A stretch of 58,805 bases of DNA, filler included, from Callorhinchus milii (taxonomy: Eukaryota): NCBI RefSeq assembly GCF_018977255.1. It is 2 parts of 2 records of this genome, joined end to end, with 100 filler letters (N's around TTAATTAATTAA, not from the genome) between each part and the next. Parts side by side here need not be neighbours in the genome. Positions count along the whole stretch, not along the records: positions 1 to 29,377 come from NW_024705651.1; 1 more part is not named here. One strand, written 5' to 3'. The notes under the pieces are model-generated. The model had not been told where the DNA came from. It saw only the letters and a list, made by a program, of their open reading frames with translations, and did no database searches. The position numbers and the translations under genes were made by a program. Positions 12,040 through 24,180 of this stretch are shown here, piece by piece. Position 1 is the stretch's first letter. Each line of letters begins with the position of its first letter.

Positions 12040-12140
12040 TACTGCTTCCGGTCGCTTTCCGGAAGTGAGGCACACGACCGGACTGGCATCAGCGCGCAGG
12101 CGCACCCGCCGAGGCTGCCGGGAGTTGTAGTTCTTCCCCC
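12040..12140 (-). promoter_or_regulatory. PUS3 CpG-island housekeeping promoter
   Basis: ETS-type CCGGAAGT (12059-12066), NRF1-like GCGCAGGCGCA (about 12094) and ACTACAACTCCC (ZNF143/THAP11-associated motif; minus strand, 12120-12131). Confidence 0.65.
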
Positions 12141-12164
12141 TCCTTAACACTCAGTAATCGAGAC

Positions 12165-12861
12165 ACACTGTCAAAGTGTAGTGACTGTGTGTTTTTGCCG
12201 GCCAACCGCAATAGCCAATTGCGCCCCCACAAACAGTCGTGGGTTGAAGCGACTAAATTATTATTATTATTATTATTATGGTGGGATTATTACCCCCGGA
12301 AATCGATCCCCCAGAGTGAATGTGGTGCCAGAGAGAGAGAGAGAGAGAGGAACAGACAGAAAGAGACTGAGCGACAAAGAAAGAGAGAGAGGGGAGTGTG
12401 AGACAGAAGCAGAAAAAGAGCCAGAGACAGACAGAGAGAGAGGGGGGGGGGGCAGAGAGAGAGCGTGGCAGAGAGTGACAGAGATAGAGCGTGACAGAGA
12501 GTGACAGAGATAGAGCATCACAGAGAGAGAGCGTGACAGAGAGTGTGACAGAGAGAGAGAGTGACAGAAAGGGAGAGCGTAAGAGAGAGAGAGCGTAAGA
12601 GAGAGACAGAGAATTAAGAGACACGCAGACTTAAGAGAGACACACACACACAGACTTAAGAGAGACACACACACACATACAAAGACTTAAGAAAGAGAGA
12701 GAGACATAATCACAGACTAACAGAGACTTAGTCGGTTCCTACTTATTGCGAGGTAAACAGAGGCTTGGCTAAGGTTTTGCCCTGACCTATCCCACCCGGG
12801 AATCGAACCCCGGGTCCTCTCGCTTGCGAGGTGAGGGCTTTAACCCCTGAGCTCCAGGACT
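12165..12861 (-). mobile_element. tRNA-derived SINE split by an internal GA/CA microsatellite
   Basis: Head with A-box and B-box at about 12770-12861 and body at about 12165-12315, in the same orientation. Confidence 0.65.
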
Positions 12862-12999
12862 GCACAAGATGAGCAGCAAAGGGAAAAGATTTAATAGCGT
12901 CTTAAAATACAGAAAATTCATGAAATATTTACAGAAAATACATAAAATATTATATTGTTTGACCCAACTCCCAGTCACCGACTCAAAGACTGTTCGTCG

Positions 13000-13110
13000 G
13001 TCCACACTCCCAGGTCAGGGTTAGAGATACAGCAAAGCTCCCTCTACACTGTGCGTCCACACTCCCAGGTCAGGATTAGAGACACAGTAAAGCTCCCTCT
13101 ACACTGTGTG
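13000..13110 (+). repeat. 54-bp minisatellite (2 copies) in the PKMYT1 3' UTR
   Basis: Same ACACTCCCAGGTCAGG unit, immediately after the PKMYT1 stop codon. Confidence 0.8.
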
Positions 13111-13118
13111 TTCTGGGA

Positions 13119-14042
13119 TCATTTAAGATCGATGGATTCCTCAAATAAACTCAGTAAATTTTTGGGCTCAAAGACAGCTCTAGTAACTTCCGTCTCCTCA
13201 TGGAGAGTGAGTGAGGATTCCTCACCGTCACACTCACAGCGTATACAGGGAGACTCCGAGCTGATGTAACTGAGGTTGGGACTGTCTCTAGGCGACCTGT
13301 GAGTGAGAGAGAGAGAGAGACTGAGAGAGACAGAGAGAGACTGAGAGAGAGAGAGAGAGATTGAAAGAGAGACAGAGACTAAGAGAAAGAGACAAAGAGA
13401 GTGAGAGAGACTGAGAGAGAGAGAGAGAGAGATAGAGAGAGAGAAAGACTGGAAGAGAGAGAGGGGGAGAGACAGAGAGAGAGAGAGGATGTGGTACCTT
13501 CGGCTATTGAGCAATGAATCTGACGAGAGATTACGAGGAGTTGATGTGCTTCCCATCCGTGGCCTTAACATTGTTTCGGGGGAATAGAGAGTCCTGAGAA
13601 AGAAAGAGAGAGAGAGAGAGACTGAGACAGGGAGCGACTGAGAGAGACACATACACACAGACAGACAGAGAGAGTGTGTGAGAGACGGACAGACATAGAT
13701 AGAGACATACACAGACACACACACACACCAACAGAGAGAGACACAGAGAGACACATAGATAGAGATACACACCCACACAGAGACACACGTACACAGAGAG
13801 AGAGAGAGAGACACACACACAGTGTGTGAGAGACAGATAGACAAAGATAAAGACATACAGACACACACACAGAATCAGAGAGACATACACACACACCAAC
13901 AGAGAGAGACACAGAGAGACACCCACCCACACAGAGACACACTCACAGAGAGAGAGCCACACACACACATGGAGCAACCCAGATAGTGACAGAGACACAG
14001 AGAGAGAGACACACACACAGAGACAGACACACACACACACAC

Positions 14043-14073
<31 letters not shown>

Positions 14074-14736
14074 CACAGACAGACAGACAGACAGACAGAC
14101 AGAAAGACAGACAGACAGTCTCTCTCACAATGACCTGTAATCCTGTGTGTCTGTGCTTTGCTCAGGGAGCTGGGGCTGGGAGCAGGAGGGAAAGACATCA
14201 TCTGAGAAGCGATGGCCCTGGCCTGAGCCCCAGCCCAGGGGGCTGTGAGGGTCTCGGAGGCTCGAGGGGGAGGGAGAGGCCGGGGGTACATCCGGGGAGG
14301 GGGCAGCAGACAGGAAGCCACCCGTCAGTGTGTGCCACACCACCCACAGGAGAGAGAGAAGGAGCTGCGGAGAGAGAGAGAGAGACTGAGCCAGGTTGAC
14401 ACTCGCGCACACACACACAGCGACTGAGCCAGGCTGACTTGCATGCATCCACACACACACAGAGTGACTGAGCCAGACTGACACACACACAGCGACTGAG
14501 CCAGACTGACACACACACACACACACAGCGACTGAGCCAGGGGGAAGGAGATGGGTTTAGTACCTGGAACACCCTGATGATCTGAGTCAGACCCTCTCTC
14601 ACGAGCAGACGTAACCGTCTGTAGAGACGAACCCGACGGACACATGGCAGAGACAGCAGTAAATCCACACTCGCCCGTCTCCTCGGATCAGGCTCCAACA
14701 TCAGCCGTAATATAGAGAGGAGTGAGGGGGAGAGAC

Positions 14737-14775
<39 letters not shown>

Positions 14776-17700
14776 AGAGAGAGAGAGAGAGAGAGAGAGG
14801 AAGAGAGTGAGAGAGAGAGGGAGAGACTGAGAGAGAGAGAGACTGAGAGAGAGAAGGAGAGACTGAGAGAGAGAGAGACTGAGAGAGAGACTGAGAGAGC
14901 GCGAGACAGGGAGAGAGCGACTGAGGGAGAACCTGAGAGTGAGAGACTGAGGCAGAGAGAGCGACTGAGCGTGCGATAATGTGTGGGTGAGTGGTTTGTA
15001 TGTGTAAATGTGTGTGAGTATGTGTGTGTGTCTGTGGGTGAGTGTGTGAGTGTCTGTGTGTGAATGTCAGTGTGTGAGTGTCCGTGTGTGAGTGTCCGTG
15101 TGTGAGTGTCTGTGAGTTTGTGTGTGTCCGTGTGCGAGTCTGTGTGTGTGTCCGTGTGTGAGTGTCTGTGAGTTTGTGTGTGTCCGTGTCTGCGTGTGTG
15201 AGTGTGCGTGTGTGTCACACTAACCTGACACAAACTCTAGGGGCAGGTAGCCTTGTCGGAGTCTCTGCCACCCGTCTCCGCTCCTCGGCAACTCCAGATT
15301 ACTGCAAATCTCCAGAATAGACATTCCCAAACTGTGAGAGGATTTAATATTAATAATAATAACGATAACCCCCGGGGCTGTGACCCGGAGCCCCCGATCG
15401 CGTCTTCGAGACGTCTCAAAGCGCTTCACGGCACACGCCGTCGAGTGTAGTGACTGTGTGTGTTTTGGGGGCCAAACCCGGCAGCCGATCGCCCCAAGCG
15501 ACGTCCCCACAAACAGTCGGGGGTTGAAGCGACCAAATTAATATTATTATTATTGTTTTGAAGGGATTATTACCCCTGGAAAGTGATCCCCCAATCGCTT
15601 GACTGCTGGGGATACAGGCGCATGTGTGCGAGTGTGTCTGTGTGTGTGAGTGTTTCTGTGTGTGAGTGTGTGTATGTGTGTCTGTGTGTGAGTGTCTGTG
15701 TGTGTGTCTGTGTTTCTGTGTGTGAGTGTGTGTCTGTGTGTGAGTGTGTGTGTGTGAGAGTACATCTGTGTGAGTGCGACTGTGCTTGTGCTAAAATATA
15801 GGATTTAACACTGATTTCCCACTTTCTCTCTTCCCTTCTCTCACTCTCACACACTTTCTTGCTCTCTCTCACACTCTCTCTCTCTCTCACACACACACTC
15901 TCACACACTTTCGCTCTCTCTCGCTCTCTCTGCCTCTGACCTGAACACATCAGCCGCCCGGGAATACACTCCGGACAGCAGTTCTGGGGCCATGTATCTG
16001 GGATCTCCCTCCTGGGCCTCGCTCAGCTCGGCTCGCTCTCCCCGACTCCCTCTCTCGCTCTCTCCCTCCGTGGCCCTCTCCCTCACCCTCTCCCTCGTGT
16101 CCAGCAGCAGGCCAAAATCGCCCAGCTTGCACACGCCAGCGTGGGAGAGGAAGACATTGGCGGGCTTCACGTCCATATGGGCCACCCCTCTGTCGTGTAG
16201 ATGCTTGAGGGCAGGGAGCAGGTCAGTGATGACGTCCCAAACCTTTATCATCAATGCATTAATAATAATTAATCATAATTAATAATTATTAGTAGTAGTA
16301 CTTGCATCTGACACAGCCTTCGAGATGTCTCAGGCTCTTTCACAGTCTCTCTCACTCTCTCTGTCTATCTCTCTCACTCTCTCTCTGCTCTCTCACCCTC
16401 TCTCTGTCTCTCTCACTGTCTCTCTCACTCTCTCTGTCTCTCTCACTCTCTCTGTCTCTCTCACACCCCCTCTCTCACACTCCCTCTCTCACTCCCTCTC
16501 TCTCTGTCTCTCTCACTCTCTCTGTCTCTCAGACTCTCTGTCTCTCTCACTCTCTCTCAGTCTCTCTCACTCCTTCTCTCTCACTCTCTCTCTCTCTGTC
16601 TCTCTCACCCTCTCTCACCCCCTCTCACTCCCTCTCTCTCCCTCTGTCTCTCTCACTCTCTCACCCACTCTCTCTCTGTCTCTCTCAGTCTCTCCTCTCT
16701 CTCTCACTGAGACTCTTCAAGGAAGCCCTACCCACCTCTCCCTCGCCCAGCGTGCCTCGTTCCTCCACTCGCTGCTGAAGGCTGCCCTCGCACAGCTCGG
16801 TCTGGATGTACAGGCGTCCGCGCTCCTCCCAGGCGCTGACGAAACCCACCAGGTTGTGGTGAGGAGCCAGACCCTCGTGTTTCCGGGCTTCCTCCAGCTT
16901 CTGCCACCGGTCCTGCTCCCCCCGGAACAGCTCCATCGACCGCTTGACTGCGTACAGCCGCCCGTCAACCCGGCTTCGGACCTGAGAGAGAGAGAGAACG
17001 TGAGAGTGAGAGAGACTGAGAGACAGTGACAGAGAGAGAGATCGTGAGAGAGAGAACGTGAGAGTGAGAGAGACTGAGAGAATGTGAGAGTGAGAGAGAG
17101 AGAGAAATACACACAGAGACAGAGAGAAAATGTGAGGGACAGAGAGACTGAGAGAGAGTGAGAGAACATGAGAGAGAGTGACAGAGAGAACGTGAGAGAG
17201 AACGTGAGTGAGAGACACACACACACAGAAAATGTGACAGAGAGAGAGAGACTGAGAGAGAGTGACAGAGAGAGAGAACATGAGAGAGAGAACGTGAGAG
17301 TGAGAGACTGAGAGAGACCGTGAGAGTGAGAGACACACACAGAGAAAAAATGTGAGAGAGAGAGACTGAGAGAGAGACTGAGAGAGTGACAGAGAGAACG
17401 TGAGAGAGTGAGAGAGATACACAGAGAGAGAGACTGAGAGTGAATGAGTGAGTGAGAGAGAGAGAGACAGACACAGACCGGTTATCAATCAGTTATTGAT
17501 CTGTTATTGGTTACTGATCTGTTATCGATTGGTTAATAATGAATTAGTTACGGGTTATTGATCAGTAATGGGGCATTGATTAGTCATTGATCAGTTATTG
17601 GTCAGTTGTGGGGGTATTGATTAGTTATTGATCAGTTACAGGGTATTGGTCAGTTATTGATCAGTTGCGGGGTATCGGTCAGATATTGATCAGTTACGGG

Positions 17701-18163
17701 TCATTGATCAGTTATGGGGTATTGATCAGTTATTGATCAGTTGTGGCGTATTGATCAGTTCAGAGTTATTGATCAGTTACTGATCAGCGATGGTTATGAA
17801 TGGCTTATCGATCGCACTGACCTTGAACACCTCCCCGAAGCTGCCCTGGCCGAGGCGACAGAGCCGCAGGAAGCACTGCTCGAAGTACAGCTCGGATTTA
17901 CTCTCGTCGTACAGCCCCCCACTGAGCGAGCGCGAGGGGGCGTCTCGAGCCGAGACGCTCAGGGGGCGGGGCTGGCTCCAGGCTCGCGACCGCCCCGGGA
18001 ACAGCCGGCTGGAGGGGGGGGCGGCCTTGACAGGGGGCCGGGGGGTCAGGCCGGAGCCACCCAACCCGGCCCCGCCCCGTCTCCGCAGCGAGAAGGTCTC
18101 GTCGGCCTGGCGGAAATAGGCGGGAACTGGGAGCGGGGTGCGGGAGAGAGGGGAATCTCCCAT
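13119..18163 (-). CDS. PKMYT1: Membrane-associated tyrosine/threonine cdc2-inhibitory kinase Myt1
   Basis: Exons 18163-17822, 16981-16736, 16242-15941, 15331-15225, 14736-14564, 14364-14135, 13593-13498 and 13296-13119; 1674 nt, 557 aa. Motifs [55 protein letters not shown]-terminal [11 protein letters not shown] 5' UTR acceptor ends at 18438. Confidence 0.95.
15345..15625 (-). mobile_element. SINE body and tail in a PKMYT1 intron
   Basis: GAGACGTCTCAAAGCGCTTCAC...GACGTCCCCACAAACAG...GAAGGGATTATTACCCC matches the other copies. Confidence 0.8.
17480..17810. repeat. Degenerate TTATTGATCAG repeat in a PKMYT1 intron
   Basis: Many imperfect TTGATCAGTT units. Confidence 0.8.
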
Positions 18164-18240
18164 CGACTCTCTCTCTCTCGGCGTCTCGCTCTGTCTCTCC
18201 GTCACCGCTCGCTCTCACTCTCAGACATCGCAGTCAGTTA

Positions 18241-18272
<32 letters not shown>

Positions 18273-18580
18273 GTCTGTCTGTCTCTCAGTCTTTCTCTCT
18301 CTCTCTCTCTCTCAGCCTGTCTCCCGGTCTCTGTCTATCTCTCTCTCCCTCTCTCTGACTGTCTCGCTTTGTTTATCCATCACCACTTGCCCTCCATGCG
18401 AGACATCGTTGTCTGCCTGTCTGTCTCCAAGCCAAACCTGCAGAGGAGAAACAGTTAACATTAATAATAATTTATATTAACAATAATAATCCTTGCATTT
18501 GATAATAGCGCCTTATCACAACTTCGAGACGTCTCAAATACATACTTAAAATATATAATATGTAGTGTAAATAAATAAAG

Positions 18581-18877
18581 TTACAGGAGAGGCTGGAGAA
18601 GCTGGGATTATTTTCCTTGGAGCAGAGAAGGTTAAGAGAAGACTCAATAATTTTCAAAATGATGAGGGGATTCGATAGGGTGAACAAGAAGAAACTATCT
18701 CCACTGGTGGGTGGGTCGGGAACCCGAGGACACTGATTTAAAATAGTTGTTAAAAGAAACAGAGGGGGGGGTGAGGAGAGCGGGGGAGTGGGGTTGATTT
18801 GCAGCTCCTTTCAAAGAGCCGGCAGATACACGATGGGCCGAATGGCCTCCTTCTGTGCTGTATAATTCTGTGATTCT
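18581..18877 (+). mobile_element. CR1-type LINE 3' end
   Basis: AGGCTGGAGAAGCTGGGATTATTTTCCTTGGAGCAGAGAAGG (RLEKLGLFSLEQRR, end of ORF2) and the typical tail GATGGGCCGAATGGCCTCCTTCTGTGCTGTATAATTCTGTGATTCT. Confidence 0.85.
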
Positions 18878-18956
18878 GCGAAATATTTAAAAAATATTTT
18901 GACTGTGTATCTTATCAAATGGTTTGAGACGTCTAATATATAAACGTGAAGTCAAT

Positions 18957-19400
18957 CCCTGTAGCTCAGGGGTTAGACCCCTCCCCACACCCCACAGCCC
19001 CTGTAGCTCAGGGGTTAGACCCCTCCCCTCGCAAACCAGGGGACCCGGGTTCGATTCCCCGACAGGACAGGACAAAACATTAGGCAAGTTTCCTTACTCC
19101 CCCCACACACACACACACACACACACCCACGCGCCTGTGTCCCCGGCAGTCAGTCGCTCGTCAGGCGATCGATTGGGGGATCACTTTTCGGGGGTAATAA
19201 TCCCTTCATAACAACAATAATAATATTTCGGTCACTTGAACCCCCGGCGGCTGTTTGTGGGGACGTCGCCGGGCGGCGCGATCGGCTGCCGCGTTTCACC
19301 CACAAAACACGCACAGTCACTACACTTGACGGTGCGCCCCGTGAAGCGCTTTGAGACGTCTCGAAGACGTGATCGGGCGCTCCGGGTCACACCCCCCGGG
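18957..19400 (+). mobile_element. tRNA-derived SINE with duplicated head
   Basis: Two CCTGTAGCTCAGGGGTTAGACCCC units, the B-box and the full body. Confidence 0.85.
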
Positions 19401-19714
19401 AGTGCGATTCTTATATCTCTCTCAGTCTCTCTCACACACTCTCTCTGTGTCTTACGACACAGTTTATTTATTTTTGTTGTTTCTCACAGTCAGTTTCTCT
19501 CTCTCTCTCTCCTCTGTTTATTTGTTATCTCTTTCTCTCCCTCTGTTTCTCTCTCACCTTCTGTTTCTCTCACCTTCTCTCTCTTCTTCACTCTCTTCTT
19601 CTCTCTCTCTCTCTCACCTTCTCTCTCTCTCCTTCTCTCTTTCTCTCTGTTTCTCTCTCTTCTTCTCTGTGTTATTTTCTTCTCTTGTTTCCCCGCCAAA
19701 AAAATACACAAACT

Positions 19715-20111
19715 CAGACACGCCGGAAACTGTCAGCGAGACGGCGGCACCGCGGGGGATTGTGGGACACAGGAGGACCGAGCGGAGCATCTTGGGATGT
19801 TGGAGGGCTCAAGTGACAACAAACGAGGAGGGCGCGGGGAAGGCAAGAGCGGCTCTGGGCTGACGGTGAGGTGGATTGTGGGACACTGGAGGACCCGGGA
19901 AGACAAAGAGGCGCATTTGCGGACGGCAAGAGGGGAGCGGTGGTGAGAGAGGAGGATTGTGGGACACAGGAGGACTGTCCGGGACTGGTGGGACGTTGGA
20001 GGACTGGGAGGCGGGGAGTGGAGGATTGTGGGATTGCGGAGGACTCGGGCGGAGGATTGTGGGATTGCGGAGGACTCGGGAGGAGAATCAGTAACAACAG
20101 AAACCAAGAAA
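19715..20111. promoter_or_regulatory. CpG-rich promoter/5' UTR between divergent PKMYT1 and ELOB
   Basis: Five GGATTGTGGGA repeats plus GCATCTTGGGA (19787), resembling ZNF143/Staf sites on the minus strand, and CCGGAA at about 19723. Confidence 0.55.
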
Positions 20112-23100
20112 ATGGTGAGTTTCTCCTCATCGTTTGTTACAATATTTAATAATAACAATAATCCCCGAAAGAGAGAGTGAGTGAGAGAGAGAGAGAGAGA
20201 GAATGTGAGAGTGTGAGAGAGACTGAGAGAGAATGTGAGAGTGTGAGAGACAGAGAGAGAGAGTGAGAGAGAGAGAGAATGAGAGAGAGAGAGAGAGAAT
20301 GAGAGAGAGAGAGAGAGACAGAGAGTGTGAAAGAGAGAGAGTGACAGAGACTAAGAGAGAGAGTGTGAGAGAGAGAGTGTGAGAGACAGAGAAAGAGTGA
20401 GAGAGTGTGAGAGAGAGAGAGAGAAAGTGACAGAGAGAGAGTGTGTGTGAGAGAGAGTGTGACAGAGAGATAGAGAGTGAGAGACAGAGAGAAAGATATA
20501 TATATAGAGAGAGAGAGAAATAGGGAGAAAATCACAGCAAAAAGACATTAAATCCTAATAATTTTACTTGAAATAGAATGATAATCAATCTCTGGATCTG
20601 GAGAGAGACAGAGAGAGAGAGACAGAGAGAGAGACACACACAGCGGAGACACAGAGAAAATAACCTCAAAAAGACATTAAAATTGATAATGAAATATAAT
20701 ACTAATAAATCTTTGGCTCCGGGAGAAACGGAGGGAAACAGAGAGACGGTAACAGTTTAAAAAAAAAACCTTAAAAATCATAATCATTCACTTACAAACC
20801 TTTCATTCGTGTCTCACTCACGTGAACGGCTCGAACCACATATTATTAGGCGATAATATTGTTAATCAATAGATCTCCGGATGTGGAGGGAAAAAAAAGG
20901 GGAGAAAATAATATGGATTTTTAATTTAATTTAAAATCAAAAGAACTTAATTGCGTTAAAACACAAGAGAGAAACGGGATAAGATTTAATAAACATTGTC
21001 ACATAATAAACCTTATTGTTTGTTATAGTTATTGATAATAAAACATCTGCCTCACTGCCCCTCTCTCTCTTTCTCTCAGTTTCTCTTTCAGTCTCTCAGT
21101 CCGTCTCTTGCTCTGTCTGTCTGTCTCTCTCTGTCTCTCTCTCTCTCACAGAGATAATTCACTTAAAAATAACCTTTCGTTAGGTGTGACTCCAATGCTC
21201 ACCTGTAGCTCAGGGGTTAGACCCCTCGCCTCGCGAGCCAGAGGACCCGGGTTCGATTCCCGGGCGGGTCAGGTCTGGGCGACACCTTAGGCGAGTTTCC
21301 TTACTGCACAGACACACCTACGCAGACAGACACACAGACACACCTGTTTACCAGCAGTCGGTCGCTTGTCAGGCGATTGGGGGAATCACTTTTCGGGGGT
21401 AATAATCCCTTCAAAACAATAATAATTTGGTCACTTCAACCCCACGGCTGTTTGTGGGGACGTCGCCGGGCGCCATCGGCTGCCGCGTTTCACCCAGAAA
21501 CCACAGTCACTACACTTTACAGAATGTCCTGTGCAGCGCTTTGAGATGTCTCGAAGACGTGATAAGGCGCCGGGTCAAATGCCGGGGTTATTATTATTAT
21601 TATTATTGTTGTTAAGTCTCTCACTCTGTTTCAGTCTCACACTCTCTGTCCCACACTCTCTGTCTCACACTCACACACCCTCAGTCTCTCTCTCTCTCTC
21701 TGTCTGTCTGTTTCTCTTTCTCACACTCAAACACTCTCTCTCACACACACTCACACTCCCTCTCTGTGTCTCTCACTCTCTCACATACACTCTCACTCAC
21801 GCTCTGTCTCTCTCACACACTCTCTCAGTCTCTCTCACACGCTCTCTGTCGCTCTCTCTCTCTCACACTCTCTCTCTCTCTCTCCCCCTCAGGATGTCTT
21901 TCTGATGATAAGACGTCACAAGACAACCATTTTTACAGACGCCAAAGAATCGACCACAGTTTACGAGCTGAAGAAAATCGTGGAGGGAATTCTAAAACGC
22001 CAACCAGAAGATCAGAGGCTTTTTAAGGTGTCTGTCAGCCTGTCTCAGTGTGTGTGTGTGTGTCAGCTCTGTCTCAGTCGCTGTGTGTGTGTGCGTGTGT
22101 GTTAACCCACTCAGTCGCTCTCTTTCACACTTCAGTCTCTCTCTCTCTCACTCACTCACTCTCTCTGTCTCTCTCTCAGTCTCTCTCGCAATCTCTCCTC
22201 ATCACTCTCGCACTCTCTCTCTCTCAGGATGATCAGGTTTTGGATGATGATAAGTCTCTGGGTGATTGTGGGTTCACTAGTCAGACAGCGCGACCCCAGG
22301 CTCCAGCCACCATCGGTCTCGCCTTCAAAGCCGTGGGTAAGTCACACTCGCCCTCTCCCACTCACACTCCCCGTGTGTGTGCGTGTGTATTTCCCTCTCA
22401 TTTGTCTCTCTCTCTCTACCTCTCAGCTCACACACACTCACCCTCGCACACATTCACCCTCGCACACTCACAATTGCACACTCTGTCGGTGTGTCTGTCT
22501 CTGTGTGTGTGTGTCTATCTGTGTGTATCTCTGCATGTGTGTGTGTGTGTGTTTGTGTGTCTCCCTCTGTGTGTCTCTGTGTTTGTCTGTGTGTCTCCTT
22601 CTGTCTGTGTGTCTCTGTGTGTGTGTGTCTGTCTCTCTCTGTCTGTGTGTCTCTCTGTCTGCGTGTGTCTCTCTCTGTCTGTGAGTGTGTCTCTCTCTAT
22701 CTGTGAGTCTGTGAGAGTGTCTCTATCTGTGAGTGTTCTCTGTCTGTGAGTGTGTCTCTCTCTATCTGTGAGTGTGTCTCTGTCTGTGAATGTGTCTCTA
22801 TCTGTCTGTGAGTGTGTCTCTCTCTGTCTGCGTGTGTCTCTCTCTGTCTGTGAGTGTGTCTCTCTCTATCTGTGAGTGTGTCTCTCTGTCTGTGAATGTG
22901 TCTCTATCTGTCCGTGAGTGTGTGGGTCTCTCTGTCCGTGTGTGTGTGTCTCTCTGTCTGTCTCTCTGTCTGTGTGTCTGTGAGTGTGTCTCTGTCTGTG
23001 AGTGTGTCTCTATCTGTCCGTGTGTGTCTGTCTGTCTGTCCGTGTGTGTCTCTCTCTGTCTGTGTGTGTATATCCTCTCTGACAGGAAGTGGCTATGATT

Positions 23101-23546
23101 CTCTCTCTGCTGCAGTTCCCCCTCACTTCCTCTGTGTACCTCTCACACTCCCTCTGTCTCTGTGTGTGTCTCTCTCAGTCTCTCTCTCCCTCTCTCTCAC
23201 ACTCTGTATGTGTGTGTGTATATATATATCTCTTTCTCACACTCCCTCTCTCCCTCTCACACTCCCTCTGTCTGCGTCTCTCTCACACACACTCTTTCTC
23301 TCTCACGCTCTCTCTTTCTCTCTCACTCTCTCTTTCTGTAGATGAGCAGTTTGAGCCGTTACATATCAACTCTCGCTCTCTCACTCACTCTCACTCCCTC
23401 TCTCTCTCACACACTCCCTCTCTCTCTCTGTAGATGAGCAGTTCGAGCCGTTACGTATTGACGCTTTCTCAAACCCGCCCGAACTTCCCGACGTGATGAA
23501 GCCTCAGGATTCTGGGAGCAGCAGCAACGAGCAGTCTGTGCAGTGA
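20112..23546 (+). CDS. ELOB: Elongin B
   Basis: Exons 20112-20114 (ATG|GTGAGT), 21893-22027, 22228-22336 and 23434-23546; 360 nt, 119 aa: [21 protein letters not shown]...[14 protein letters not shown]...[29 protein letters not shown] at 25567. Confidence 0.96.
21202..21612 (+). mobile_element. Full-length tRNA-derived SINE in ELOB intron 1
   Basis: A-box head, B-box, body and (TTA)n tail. Confidence 0.88.
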
Positions 23547-24180
23547 GGGCGGACGCTCTCCTCCTCCTCCTCCTCCCTCTCTCCTCTCTCCTTCCCTCTC
23601 TCCCAACGAGCAGTGTGTTCAATGAGAGAGAGAGAGAGAGAGAGACACACACGCAGAGAAACTGCTCCCTGACTCTCCCTCCCTCCCTCTCCCACGTTCT
23701 CTCACTCCCAGCGAGCAGTCTGTGCAATGAGAGCACGGAGCCTCTCTCTCTCTCTCTCTCACTCCTCCTCCTCTCTCCTATCTCCTTCCCTCTCTCCCAA
23801 CGAGCAGTGTGTTCAACGAGAGAGAAAGAGACACCCGCAGAGAGACTGCTCCCTCTCCCTCCTTCCCTCCCTCCCTCTCCCACGTTCTCTCACTCCCAGC
23901 GAGCAGTCTGTGCAATGAAGGCACGGAGCCTCTCTCTCTCTCTCTCACTCCTCCTCTCTCCTATCTCCTTCCCTCTCTCCCAACGAGCAGTGCGTTCAAC
24001 GAGCGAGAGAGAGACACCCGCAGAGAGACTGCTCCCTCTCCCTCCTTCCCTCCCTCTCCCACGTTCTCTCACTCCCAGCGAGCAGTCTGTGCAATGAGGG
24101 CACGGAGCTCTCTCTCTCTCTCTCACTCCTCCTCTCTCCTATCTCCTTCCCTCTCTCCCAATGAGCAGTGTGTCCAGAGA
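23525..24180 (+). repeat. About 180-190-bp tandem repeat starting in the last ELOB codons
   Basis: CGAGCAGTCTGTGCA(G/A)TGA recurs at about 23528, 23712, 23900 and 24079. Confidence 0.8.
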
